A DNA stretch of 54,179 nt, filler included, from Hydrolagus affinis (GCA_012026655.1; 3 parts of 3 records of this genome joined end to end with filler, not necessarily neighbours in it); one strand, 5' to 3'. Shown: positions 37,483-49,120, counted from the whole stretch's first letter. Translations and numbers: made by a program. The notes: generated by a model not told the origin, from the sequence alone.

Positions 37483-37770
37483 GAGTCATGTAGCTCAGTA
37501 GTTAGGGTACTCGCCTTGCAAGCTTGAGACCTGGGTTCAATTCCAGGCAGGGTGAAACCTTGGGCAAGTTTCCTTACTCCACAAACCTAATAATAATCCC
37601 TTGAAATTTGGGGGGGGTAATTTCAATCCATGACTATTTGTGGGACACTGCTGTGCACAATTGGCTGCCGCCTTTCACCCACATATTCACTTTATTCTGT
37701 GAAGTGCTTTGAGATGCCTAGAAGATGTGAAAAGTGCTATATCAAATGCAAGCATTATTATTATTAGTAC
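37483..37770 (+). mobile_element. Near full-length tRNA-headed SINE in gene E intron 1
   Basis: A-box TAGCTCAGTAGTTAG, B-box GGTTCAATTCC, core, tail ATCAAATGCAAGCATTATTATT. Confidence 0.85.
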
Positions 37771-37849
37771 TATTATTCTCTATAGTTAATTTGTTACCTT
37801 TCTTCAACACTATAATCACCAACGCATGGTTTTAATTGTTTTCTCACAG

Positions 37850-38155
37850 TTGCTGGTGATGCATCGATGATAGTGATTCAATATCCTTTAGACCGGACAG
37901 CACTCCAAGGTGATAACGTTACCTTCAGCTGCAAGTTTGCCGGTAACCAACCCAGTTCAGATCTAACATTTCACTGGTGGAAGCAAGGAGGGAGTGAATA
38001 CTTACATAAAAGACCCGACAACAGAAAAATATTTGGTTTCAAATCATTCCAACTCCTAAATGTGACTTCCCAAGAATCAGGAGTCTATCACTGTGCGGTG
38101 ATCTGTCAGGGGAAAGCATTGGGAAATGGAACTGGATCACGTTTAATTGTACATG
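37850..38155 (+). CDS. Gene E exon 2, NKp30/SIRP-like V domain
   Basis: Acceptor TCACAG, donor ATG/GTGAGT; 66 of 96 residues identical to gene D V by manual alignment. Confidence 0.88.
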
Positions 38156-38559
38156 GTGAGTGTGAATACAATAGTAAGAGAGAATGTTGAAAGGCTGTCC
38201 ATGCCAGCATTTTGAAACAGTATGGGTAAATTATTTTACCCATACTTCATTTTTTAATTTTCTGCTTTCGTAAAAATTTATGATAATAAAGCACCCAGAT
38301 TTTTTAAAATTTCAACCTGACTTATTTTTATTAATAGAATATTCAAATAAAGTATTGCAATTTTTAAAATTGTATTCATAGGAGCTGGCAGATTTATACC
38401 ACACACATCAAAGTGGAATCTAAGTTGCTCAATAATTGTTTTCAGCAATGCTTTCAAACATTTATAACCCTCCTAATGTCACAAGTAGAAAATTAATTCC
38501 ACCTCGTATTTGATTCTGTTCTCAACAAATTTATTCCAATTGTCCCTATTCAAAACTTG

Positions 38560-38850
38560 AAGATCACAGTGTACACTGACAGTCTAATACAATGCCATGA
38601 GGTTCCCCCTGATTTGGATGAGACGCTATCAGAGGTCCCGTCTGCCTGTTCAGGTTAAAGACCATGTGATATTCGAAAACAGAAAATAGATTGTTCCTCC
38701 CGTGTCCTGGCCAACGAATCCCCAGATAATGTTTGTTATTCACTCCATGGCTGTTTATGGCACATTGCTGCGTGCAAAATCGGCTGCTGTGGTCTCCTTA
38801 CTAAATCACCGCCTTTTACAGTGAATCATATGAAAATGCTTTGAGAAGTC
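38560..38850 (+). mobile_element. Deu-domain SINE in gene E intron 2
   Basis: Same position and core as in gene D, so it predates the D/E duplication. Confidence 0.55.
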
Positions 38851-39749
38851 CTCTCAATACAAACGGCCCTATATTGATTGCAAGGTTTACTATTATTTCT
38901 ATTAATGTTAACGCAACAATAATACTACTTATTATAATACTAACAGTAACGCTAATAAGTTTACAGACAATACTAATGAGAATAATGATCAGAATCTCTG
39001 ATTTGTATGAAAGACAGATGTTTAAAATCTTTGACAATTTGCACAAATTTGCACACATCAATAGTCATAAAATGGTTTAGAATTTCTTATTTTAATTATG
39101 GTAAGTTGGTTCAAAGCTCATAGAATGTAAAGAAACGCAACCGAACAAAAGGAATATTAGTGTTAATGGGGAGGTTTGCTGATATCTCAAATGATGGTGA
39201 AATCTCCACTGTTCTGCTCAAGAATGGTGGAATAAATTTGAATCCAATTTGTTCACCACTTTCCGACCCCTTTGATACATTTAGCTTTCATATCAGGCCT
39301 GATACACTTTGCCAAAATATCAGAATTATGTCTCCTTCTATTTTTATACCTCTATCAGAAGAATGCATCCTGCAATATGTTATCATTCATTGACAGCCCA
39401 ATCAAATTATCTCCAATCTATCAATACAAACCATGTTTACGCACCTTCTTGTCACAGTTAAATCCTTTCATCAAGCTATTAATCTGCTGAATAGTGGAAA
39501 GACCTCCTCCAAGGCATCTTTTAACAGTGTTTGAAATAAAAGATCCGAACAGGATCAGTTCCCTCCAGATTGCTTGTTATGACAGCAATAACTTGCAACA
39601 TAGTGCCCTTAATGTGTGGTAACATCTCAGAGGATCTTGTTTATTATAATGTTGTAAGGAAACAATTTAAAGAGAATTCAAATGGGAATAAAGTCTAACC
39701 TTCCAACTGATCACAATTAACTGATTCTCCACCATTGTCTGTCCTACAG

Positions 39750-40055
39750 TCCCCCCGACCCCGCTGAAGATATTCTCCAGAGATTCTGAAGGAGATTCAA
39801 CAACGTCTCTGACTCTTGTGTGTGAAACGGCTGCATTTTACCCTGAAGATATAACACTCACCTGGAGTAAAGATGGCAATGAAGTTAAAACTGGGATAAA
39901 TTCCAGTAAAGAAAGGGATTCAAATGGTCTTTACAGAGTTTCCAGCTATTTGGAAGAGAAGCAGCCTGTACAGAGCGGGGTTGTTTATTCCTGTTCGGTG
40001 TCTCACAACAGCCTCCGGATTCCAGCAGTTTCGAGATTCACAGTTTCTATCCCAG
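39750..40055 (+). CDS. Gene E exon 3, C1-set domain
   Basis: Acceptor CTACAG, donor CAG/GTAATT; LVCETAAFYPEDITLTW.KDG..YSCSVSH. Confidence 0.88.
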
Positions 40056-40084
40056 GTAATTTAATAATAATGATAATAATCCCT

Positions 40085-40442
40085 GCATATGATATAGAGC
40101 CGTAGCACATCTTCGAGACATTTGAAGGAGCTACTGTGAAGTGAATTGACTGTATATTTTGCGGACGAATTGTGGCAGTAAATTGCGCATAGCAGTATCC
40201 CACAAACAGTCATGGATTGAGTGACAAAATTATTATTTAAAATTTTTAAAAAGTGTTTTTAATGTACTATTACCCCTGGGAAAGTGAATACATAAATTGA
40301 CCAACAACTGGATTCATACTTACTGCTAAGTGAACAGAATGTAGAGTAAGGAAATTTGCCCAACATTTTGCTCTGCTCGGCTATCGAATCCATGGTCTCT
40401 CGCTTGCGACACTATTGCTCTAACCACTAAGCTACAGACTCC
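40085..40442 (-). mobile_element. tRNA-headed SINE in gene E intron 3
   Basis: Head at 40380-40442, core at 40140-40220. Confidence 0.75.
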
Positions 40443-41025
40443 ACACATCTGCCAACAACCTATTATTAATTGTTGTTAACTAAATTGTTATTCAAACATA
40501 TTTAAATTTTATATGCTCTGAAGACAATCATATCGTTTTCTTGCCCAGTATTCCATAGAAACATATATAAAATAACATGCAGCTTCATGTGTATAGTCTT
40601 TGAATTGAAAAGATTTGTACCATCTCCCCAAGAAAAAGGATCCTTAAAACTTATCAAATTTGAAATTCCTGGTCCCTGCTCAATAACGTCGTCCACATCT
40701 AATTTTTCCTTTGTCTGGATTGCAATGTGCTTTGTCTCCCTGGACAGACTCGTCTTTCTAGCCTATTCAGAATAGCATTTGGCAAAGGTTGCCCAAGAAC
40801 CTTCCCCCACTGTGACTGTCCTGCAATTCCAGGTCTTGTTCATCATCTAGACTATCTGGTTTTTCATCAACATTGCCTTGGACTGCTGCAGACCTTGTTT
40901 AAAAATAAAAAAAATTAAGTAGCAAAACTTGCTAAAACATCTCTATTCTGGTGCATCGTACAGTTGCTGAAACTATAACTGATTGCTGGAATCCCAAACA
41001 CACTCAACTTATGCTTTTCTTGTAG

Positions 41026-41139
41026 AACATGCTGCTCTACCTAACTACGGACTGATCGCTGGATGTACAGCGGGAGGCCTGGTATTTCTGTTGCTTTTGA
41101 TCATCATTGGCAAACAATGCCAATTAAAAACAAAGAAAG
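41026..41139 (+). CDS. Gene E exon 4, transmembrane (paralogous to gene C TM)
   Basis: Acceptor TTGTAG, donor AAG/GTGAGA; GLIAGCTAGGLVFLLLLIIIG; cytoplasmic exons not found before the gap at 42156. Confidence 0.82.
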
Positions 41140-41397
41140 GTGAGATGTATTCCTATTTCATTGAGATTAAATGGAAATGCTTAATTTAGTACAAAAATTC
41201 AGTCAATCGGTGAGAGAATTCGAGGTGACAAGGAGAGAAAGACATCCTGGTAAAGTGATGACAATCATCAATTTATTGCGATTGAATTACAAATAACCTG
41301 ACAGAATCTCTTCCCGTGTATATTTAATCAGAAATTTCCATGCAACGAATATCTTAAATCTGTTGTGATACAACTACAGAAGGCTAAGGCATACAAC

Positions 41398-41600
41398 AAT
41401 AACAAAATTACACTTTTATATAGCGCCTTTCACGTCAGAAGGACTTCCCAAGGCACTGGACAGTTACTGCTTCAGACCCGAGTTTAGGACAGGGTGGTAG
41501 GGAGGGAAGTGGGGATCAGGAGGTGCTGATGGATCCATCGAAGGGGAGAATCTTGAGGCGGGACTTGAAGGAGGCCAGGGACGTGGTGAGGTGGAGGGAC
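41398..41600 (-). mobile_element. L2 LINE tail fragment
   Basis: Tail AACAATAACAAAATTACACTTTTATATAGCGCC matches the other copies. Confidence 0.6.
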
Positions 41601-42155
41601 TACGTGGTGGATAGAAGGCCATTCAGCACACAGATTCTTTATTCACTCTTTGAAGAGTCCACAACCCATCTATCTGCCTTTTCCACATTGCGCCACAATG
41701 AACTAGTTTTACAAAATACAGGTAGAGAATGTTTGATTATATAAAATGCACATTCTGCCCTGGCCACTGCTCCCACAGCATCCTGTCAGGACCGGGCACA
41801 AATCCCAAAATGTTCAACCATGCTTTTCTCGATTTAATTTCATCCGCCACTTGTCTATCCAATCTACTAGACTTGATATCTCTTCCATGAAATTACTATC
41901 TTCTTCACTCTTAGTTTCACTTTTGTCTCTTTAGCAACCTTAGAAATTGTGCCCTGTTACACCACAATCCAGATTGTTTATATAGATGGAGAAAAGTAAA
42001 AGCTATCGATAGAAATGCAGTGATATAACTCAGAATTTGGGTCAAAGAGGTTATTGTAAATTAGAGCAATATTTAACTGTATAAAACAAATATGCCACAC
42101 AATGATACTTTTATATAGTCCATTTAAGTCTGGAGGAAATTCCAAAGTGCTTGAC

Positions 42156-42255
42156 NNNNNNNNNNNNNNNNNNNNNNNNNNNNNNNNNNNNNNNNNNNNT
42201 TAATTAATTAANNNNNNNNNNNNNNNNNNNNNNNNNNNNNNNNNNNNNNNNNNNN
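42156..42255. other. Artificial 100-nt gap spacer between gene E and the V array
   Basis: 44 N + TTAATTAATTAA + 44 N. Confidence 0.95.
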
Positions 42256-42634
42256 TGATACAGAGTCGTGAATTAGAATTTCAGTCCAGACTATCATCTC
42301 AATGTAACGTCTTGAGCCTTGAACAAAAATCGTTCTGACTCATTAAATATAGTACCAACAACAGAGGTAGGTTGTCATCTCAGCCTTGAATTTAGACAGT
42401 TAACCTTTGTTCGTGGGTGAAACATGTATCTATTCCCTCCGTTCTAGCCCGGATCCACCTGTAGCCAATCAGCTGCTGATTAAGGCCAATATACTCTGGT
42501 TAGTGTGACACACCTACAATTTTATTGAATAACCCACTGCCTGCACACAGCAGATCAGCCGCTGCCTCGCTACTTGTAACTGAAGCAGTCGAACAGACAT
42601 ATACAAATAAATAGATACCACCTCAGCAGCCAGC

Positions 42635-42680
42635 ATGACAGTTCACTGTCAGTTAATGTTAGCAATCCTCGCCATAGCCA
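42635..42680 (+). CDS. V segment 1 leader exon (MTVHCQLMLAILAIA)
   Basis: 46 nt, phase-1 donor CCA/GTAAGT; paralogous to the leader at 53302. Confidence 0.75.
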
Positions 42681-42757
42681 GTAAGTATGTGTAGACATGC
42701 CCAGTGCATGTGATTTTTTATTACAAGATGTGGAAAGCACTATATCAAATGCCAGTA

Positions 42758-42758
<1 letters not shown>

Positions 42759-42789
<31 letters not shown>
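42759..42789. repeat. (ATT)n microsatellite
   Basis: Direct reading. Confidence 0.9.
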
Positions 42790-42792
<3 letters not shown>

Positions 42793-43239
42793 ATTATATA
42801 ATATTCAGTAGAGTAGCAATTAGAGCTCTCCAATTGAAAAAGAAAGCACCTAAGCGTAACTCACGGCAGGGCTAATTGTTGGACAATTTGCTTTACACCA
42901 ACACACGACTTTGTGAGTCTACCACTAATAAGGAACTGTATTCAAATTCCACCTAGAATCTTCTCTCCGACAATTATTGATAATATCAATACTTTGAGAG
43001 CTCACTCTCAAACTCTTTATGGGACACTGTTGTGCACAATTAGCTGTGAGGTTCGCCTGAAAAGGCGATTGGAGTCAATTCATTTGAGTTTATATTCATG
43101 GGTTGTTTTGTGTATAGTTTTTGTAACGTCTCATTGTTGTTAAAATTCCAGCAAAAAAACTCAATAATAGTTGGTATTATTCGAATTGCACATTAATCTT
43201 TGCCTTGCCTTGTGAAAAACATGTTTTTTTTTATTGCAG

Positions 43240-43537
43240 AAGTTACCGGGAAAGATGTAATATACCAATATCCTCCTGTGATAAGGAAGGTTGAAGAACA
43301 AGACGCGAGATTAAACTGCAATTATTCCATAATGGACGCTGCCTTCTGGTACAGGCAATATCCAGACGGAGAGCTTCAGTACTTCTTCAGGATATACGCC
43401 TCGGGAAAGGTAGACAAAGCTCCTGATATTCCTGACCGCTTCACTGCCAAGCTGGACAAGGAGAATAAAGCATTTAGCTTGCAAATACTCAGGGCTGTTG
43501 TGGGTGACGGCGCCGTGTATTACTGTGCCCTGCAGCC
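43240..43537 (+). CDS. TRAV: TCR alpha/delta-type V segment 1, apparently functional
   Basis: Acceptor TTGCAG; open frame with Cys, FWYRQ and AVYYCALQP, followed by an RSS. Confidence 0.85.
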
Positions 43538-43576
43538 CACACTGTGACAGGATGCCACATACACTGTACAAAAACT
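43538..43576 (+). promoter_or_regulatory. 23-RSS of V1
   Basis: CACACTG + 23 nt + ACAAAAACT. Confidence 0.85.
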
Positions 43577-43669
43577 CAGCAGACAATCGTGACTTCCTCT
43601 CACACTTTCAACTTCTTGCTGCCAACACAGGTGGCTACACTATTATAACAGGGAGGGCGGTGGACAGAG

Positions 43670-44045
43670 GCTGTGGAATGTAGTGCAGCGTTTAGAGTAC
43701 TCGCCTTGCTCTCGAGTGGACCTCGGATTCATTCCCAAGCAACGGGAATCCTTACGTAGTTCTCCACACACTGGAAGAACATACATCTTTACTTAACAGT
43801 TGCTTAGAACCTTCCTATTAGTCGTTGGGTGGATCCCTTTCCCTGCGTTTATAATCCGTTAAATAAACATAATAATATAAATGTAATTACTCTATCCACG
43901 TAAGTTTGTAGGACACTGCTTTGCTCATTGGCCTGCCAGTGTTTCTTCCACCAAGACACACATTGTCAAGGCACATTACGGTATATTCTGTGAAGCCCTA
44001 CGAGACATGCGAAAAATAACGCTATATCAAATCCAAAGATATTTT
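43670..44045 (+). mobile_element. tRNA-headed SINE about 100 nt downstream of the V1 RSS
   Basis: Degenerate head at 43679, core at 43905, tail at 44020. Confidence 0.65.
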
Positions 44046-44898
44046 TAAAATTATTGTTGCAGTACTATATAGTAATAATCAAACATCTAACTTCCAAGTA
44101 ATACACCTAACAGTGACTTACATACTGTGGATGATATATTAGATTCCTGACGGACGTACTGGGCTGACACACTAGTGCAGGGCTTGGGGGGTGTCTAGAA
44201 ATGCCAGAGAAGCTGCTCTTCAGTTGGACCATCAAACAGTTGTCCAGTCGGTTTGTAGCAAGTGTCGTTAATGATCCCATGTGAGAGCAATAACAGGTTT
44301 TCTCCTGGTGATTGGGCTGACACTCCATCAGCACAATTATTTGTTCACTTCACAGATGACTGAGGGAACATTGTTTTAAATACATTAGCCGATGACGTTG
44401 CCAAACACTCAATCTCTGCCCTCGAGAGAAAAGCCTGTGTCGACCTATAGGAATCTTCCATTAACTGATTTGTTTAGGATATCTGCAAAAGAATGTTAAA
44501 CCTAAATAACTCCTTGAAGGCATATTTCTTCCGATATTGCATTCCCTTAGAAAATTACAATAATAATATTAATAATACTAACAGCTATATTTGATGAATT
44601 CGATGTAGTCCAGATTATTTCATTCACGTGATTCAAAGTGATTAAAAGAATATACTGAAAAGTGCAGTAACTTCCTATCTTGTGTGCTGAATGAACTCTG
44701 TTGGAAGCAGACAGGGGAATGAATGTCACACCAGCAAACATACAGGAAATGAGACGTCAGTGGAGGCATCACCGAGAGCAGTTATAACCTACACAGTTAG
44801 CGGCACTCGACAAACATTTATGATCGTTTCTCAGCAGTTAGCTGGTGTCTACTTGCATTTCATTTGGAGATCCTGACATGAATCGACAAGGCTTGAGA

Positions 44899-44956
44899 AT
44901 GAAACCAAGTTGCCAAGCAACGTGTAGTATTTTTAATTTCATGCTGTCGCTCTTCT
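44899..44956 (+). CDS. Candidate leader exon of V segment 2
   Basis: MKPSCQATCSIFNFMLSLF + T/GTAAGT (phase 1); no good in-phase acceptor found downstream. Confidence 0.45.
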
Positions 44957-45049
44957 GTAAGTAGAGTGTGATTTTGAACAAAGACATGCTTGTTTGCTGT
45001 TAAATAATTATAAGTTTTGTTGGAGATATTTTCCGAATTTCCTTCAAAG

Positions 45050-45339
45050 AATGTTCATGTCTTGGCTGAAAGCGAAGTGTCACAGAGACCTCAGGCACTG
45101 ACAGAGAATGAAATTGGAAATGTATATATAGAGTGCAACACCACTGTGTACAACCCAACTTTTTATTGGTATAAACAGTATGGAAACGGCTCCATAGGGT
45201 TATTGGTGTTGGGAAAAAGGGAGGTAAAGGCGGAGGAGAGGATAAGTTCTTTGGCTGATTCAAAAGAGAAGAACAGCAAACTGACAATTAGAGACGTGCG
45301 AGTGACAGACACCGCCACTTACTTCTGTGCAGCAGAGAG
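45050..45339 (+). CDS. TRAV: TCR alpha-type V segment 2 (5' boundary uncertain)
   Basis: Open frame EVSQ..YIEC..YWYKQ..DTATYFCAAE, followed by a consensus RSS. Confidence 0.82.
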
Positions 45340-45378
45340 CACAGTGCTGCGTGTCTAAGAGGAGCCTGTACAAAAACA
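45340..45378 (+). promoter_or_regulatory. 23-RSS of V2
   Basis: CACAGTG + 23 nt + ACAAAAACA. Confidence 0.92.
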
Positions 45379-45384
45379 TGCTGA

Positions 45385-45742
45385 GGTTGCTGTAGCTCAA
45401 TGATTAAAGTACTCGTTTCACAAACGATAAGATTGTTGGTTCGTATCCCAGCAGGCCAAAAACTCGGCCATTGTTTTCTAACACCACACGCTTCTGAGTA
45501 CATACGAGTAAATAGGAATCCGGTTATTAATCTAATAGTGGATGGCTTTTTCTCGATTCATAATTTCTAATTAAAATGATCACTTAAATCCACGAATTAT
45601 TGTGTGACACTGCTGTGCGCAGTTATGTGCCGCATTTATCCCATAACATAGACAGTAAACTCAAAGCACAGTACAACAAGGGAAGCGCTACTCGACGTCT
45701 CAAGGACGTGGTAAAGCACTATATCAAATGCATAGATTATTA
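45385..45742 (+). mobile_element. tRNA-headed SINE directly after the V2 nonamer
   Basis: TGTAGCTCAA at 45391, GGTTCGTATCC at 45438, core and tail present. Confidence 0.75.
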
Positions 45743-45959
45743 GCATTATTGTCTGTTTGCCGACGTGTAAGTAGGGCCCCATTTAATTGTCAATTACTAT
45801 GTCGCCATTTTCCAGGATGGTAATCCATTCAACAAACATTATTGTCACTCGATTGTCTACCAATCGTACAAAGCAGCATTGTCCCACAGACAGTCGTGTT
45901 TTGAGTTACTTATTTAACAAGAGAATGATGCCCCTGTGAAGGAAACATAAATTAATAAT

Positions 45960-46262
45960 AATAATAAATATTGCAATTGATACAGCGCTTTTCACATCTT
46001 ATCGAGGACTTAAAGCGTTTCACAGAGTACACTGTAAAGTGAACTGACTGTATATTTGTGGGCGAAACGCGGCTGCCAGAACCACGAACAATCGTTGATT
46101 GAAACCACCAATATTATTATTGTGGTGTTTTTATTTGCACGGATTTTCGTTAGGCGTGTGTGGGGTTTAAGGAAGCTTGTCCAGGCTTTCGCCCTGATCT
46201 GCTTGGATTCGAACACACACTTGAATGCCGAGTGCTCTGAACACCGAGTTAAAGCACGGAGA
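45960..46262 (-). mobile_element. tRNA-headed SINE
   Basis: Tail, core and head recognisable. Confidence 0.75.
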
Positions 46263-46541
46263 TAAAGCCTCTCGTACTCACTGGTCGACTAATAACCATA
46301 TTCCTGCGTGTCAGACACCCGGTGGATCAAAGACATGTCAGTGATGGCAGAGAACCAATGGTGCAGCGAGATGGGTGAGCAGAGAAGATGACGCAAATTG
46401 ACAGAGAAACAAGGATTGTACCTAAACCTCAGACCTGCTGACTCTATGCCATTCAGTGTTCAGCTCTCCTCACGCTATCTTACCGCTTCCTCGCCTAAAT
46501 TCTCCAAATAAAACATCAGCGCCCTTTACATATACACGGCA

Positions 46542-46581
46542 ATGTATATATATGTGGCAGCAGCCATCATTGCCTTGTCAG
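46542..46581 (+). CDS. V segment 3 leader exon (MYIYVAAAIIALS)
   Basis: 40 nt, phase-1 donor CAG/GTAAGC. Confidence 0.75.
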
Positions 46582-47074
46582 GTAAGCCATAAACTCATTC
46601 TATAGTCAGCCAACTGCACTGATTATCCAGCCAGGTGTTTATTGCTTAACATATTGAATACACAACAAGCCTTATAGAGTTGTCACAATCGAGAGTATCT
46701 GGGTTCTTCACAGCCGGCATAGGGCGAAACATTAGGCAAGTTTGTCACTCATCACTCATTGCTGTGAATACCGAGAAGTAATTTTGAACATGGTCCATCG
46801 GCCGATTGCTTTATTGGGGGTTAATTATCTCCAAGTATGTGATACTGCTAATCATAATATAGTTGCTCAATCCATGACTGTTTGTGGAACACTCTTGTGT
46901 AAAATTGGCTAATAAGTTTAAACCGCAAAGTAAACAGACACCACACTTTACCCTATATTCTGTTTAGTTGACGTTTAGTGATCGCGAAGACGCAAATTAT
47001 ATCTTTGTCATATGCCTGCATTAGTATCTTATTGTTGTTATTCTACTGAACGCTGACATGTGACTGTTTTCCAG

Positions 47075-47381
47075 GACACTGTGGAGGAGACTATGTGACA
47101 CAGCTACAATCTACTGTGACAGTAAATGAAGGGGAGGATGTGTATCTGAGGTGTAATTATACAACCACAAGTAATTCTCCCTATCTGTTCTGGTACCGCC
47201 ATTATCCGAACACAGCTCCACAATATATCGTTTGGACGTCCACTAGCAACAGACCACAATATGCCGACTTTACCAACAAACGATTCTCAACGATGGTGGA
47301 TAAAGTGGGAAAAACTGTCCCGTTAAATATAACCCAAGTGAAAGTTACAGATTCGGCGATGTACTACTGTGCACTGAGTCC
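47075..47381 (+). CDS. TRAV: TCR alpha/delta-type V segment 3, apparently functional
   Basis: Acceptor TTCCAG; GDYVTQ..YLRC..YLFWYRH..DSAMYYCALSP. Confidence 0.9.
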
Positions 47382-47420
47382 CACAGAGACTCAGATCAGC
47401 GCTTCCGCCCTACAAAAACT
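47382..47420 (+). promoter_or_regulatory. 23-RSS of V3
   Basis: CACAGAG + 23 nt + ACAAAAACT. Confidence 0.9.
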
Positions 47421-47429
47421 GACAATTGT

Positions 47430-47560
47430 AGTCCTGTAGCTCAGTGTTTAGAGCACTCATATCGCTAGCGACGAACCTGGGTTGAATTCCATGGAGAACG
47501 AAACTTCGGTGAAATTTTCTTAAACTACACACTGTCAACTCAGCAGTAAGTTCGAACCCG
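47430..47560 (+). mobile_element. SINE head directly after the V3 nonamer
   Basis: AGTCCTGTAGCTCAGTGTTTAGAGCACTC, B-box-like GGTTGAATTCC at 47480. Confidence 0.8.
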
Positions 47561-48600
47561 TTTATTATTTGATTACTGCATTGCTTTTCCATTGGTATTA
47601 ATTACTTCAAAATATATGATATGGCGCTGAATCGAATGCGAGGATTATATGAGTATAAAACATAATCAAGTTACTATCACTGACATAACTTCAAAGCTCC
47701 TGCTTTCTTCGGCTGTTCGATGGACACGTCATTTAATACACAGCATTCACAACGCTTTGCTTGACATCTATGGATTAGAGGATACAACAGATCTGGTCGT
47801 GCAGTTACAACAGGTTCATTCAATGGTTCGCAAAAGAGCACACACTGAAGACATGATTGTGTTCTTCCTTGCGGCAATAAGAATTGAGGACAAAGTTGAT
47901 TATTGATGCAACAAAAATAAAAACGCTGATCATTTGTCACTTCTCATCCAGTTTTCGTATTCAAAGTCCTCGTCCACAACTTCAAGGCCATTCACGGCGT
48001 TGCCACGCACGCGACCCACCCCCTCGCCAGCGCTACCGCCCCAATCTCCGACCTGCTGTCCTCCTATGAACCTCCACGCCCCCTCCGTTCAGCGGGCTCC
48101 GATCCGCCCCATGTCCCCCGCCTGACCCGCCCTATCATCGGTGGACGGGCTTTCTTCCACTAAACTCTGGAACTCCATCCCACAGTCCCTAGGCCTGGCA
48201 ACCTCCCTCGCCTCCTTGAAGGCCTGTCTCAAGTCCCTCCTCTTCGACCATGCCTTCTGTCCCCCCGACTCTTCGTCGTCGTTCCTATCACCCGCCCTCC
48301 AGTCTTACCTGTCTCACGCCCCTCCACACTACCCTGCCCTCTCCATTGCTCAGTTCCAGAGCTGACAGGTCAGCGGCTTCGGACGTCCATCCGACGTGAA
48401 CAACAGCAACAAAATTGTACTTACATAGCGCCTGTCACGTCGGGAGGACGTCCCAAATGTGATTCTTTTGTTGATGTAGTGGTAAATACATTGCATTGTG
48501 ACATCATCCCAAAATGAATGGTGCCACACACATGTAACTATTGTGCGGCTGTCATGTAAACGGTGAATGGCAGATCAAGGTCAAGTAAAATATAATCAAC

Positions 48601-48907
48601 GTTTCCAGGATCAGAGCAAGGAATAGCATCAAAGTGGAGAAACAATGATCAGGGATATATCACTGTAAGAGACTGTGAATGAGAATGAATTCGTGTGTCC
48701 CATTAAAGCACAGACAATACGAGGAAAAAACAAGTGAATGGGACTGAGGTATCAATTTCCATTGGAGGCAATGGGACCAGGAACGTTAAGAAGGCCCCCA
48801 AAAAAACACTTGCTTACAACAGTGGATAAATCGGCGAGAACCGTCCCATTATATATATCCCAAGTGAGATTCACAGACTCGGCGGTGTATTACTGTGCAC
48901 TGAGCCC
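48601..48907 (+). pseudogene. V segment 4 relic, V3 family
   Basis: Only FR3 (VDK..VPL.I.QV..TDSAVYYCALSP, from about 48810) aligns well to V3; 5' half degenerate, no intact first Cys or Trp. Confidence 0.8.
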
Positions 48908-48946
48908 CACAGAGGCACAGATCAGCGTTTCCGCCCTACAAAAACT
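48908..48946 (+). promoter_or_regulatory. 23-RSS of V4 relic
   Basis: CACAGAG + 23 nt (20/23 identical to the V3 spacer) + ACAAAAACT. Confidence 0.88.
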
Positions 48947-48954
48947 ATCATGCA

Positions 48955-49120
48955 GTGTCCTCTATCTCAGAAGTTAGAGCAGTCGATTCGGAAGCGAGAG
49001 TACCTGGGTTCGACTACGTGCTGCGCGAAAATTTGGACAAGTTTTCTTAATATGTGTATACCTCTATTTAGACAGGAGTCAGTAGCAACCCGCTTTTTAG
49101 TAACTGGTAAATGAATTAAT
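48955..49120 (+). mobile_element. SINE head directly after the V4 nonamer
   Basis: GTCCTCTATCTCAGAAGTTAGAGC, B-box-like GGTTCGACTAC at 49007. Confidence 0.7.

Noticed and set aside
40502-40900. Possible hAT transposase remnant on the minus strand in E intron 3 (and near 30200-30480 in D)
   Set aside because: Only a faint DDVIEQGP..DP.SW resemblance; too degenerate to call without a profile search
41980-42055. Candidate cytoplasmic exon of gene E (TATAG/ATGGAGAAAAG)
   Set aside because: Gives an immediate stop (DGEK-stop) or a short frame with no motif; cannot be told from chance next to a gap
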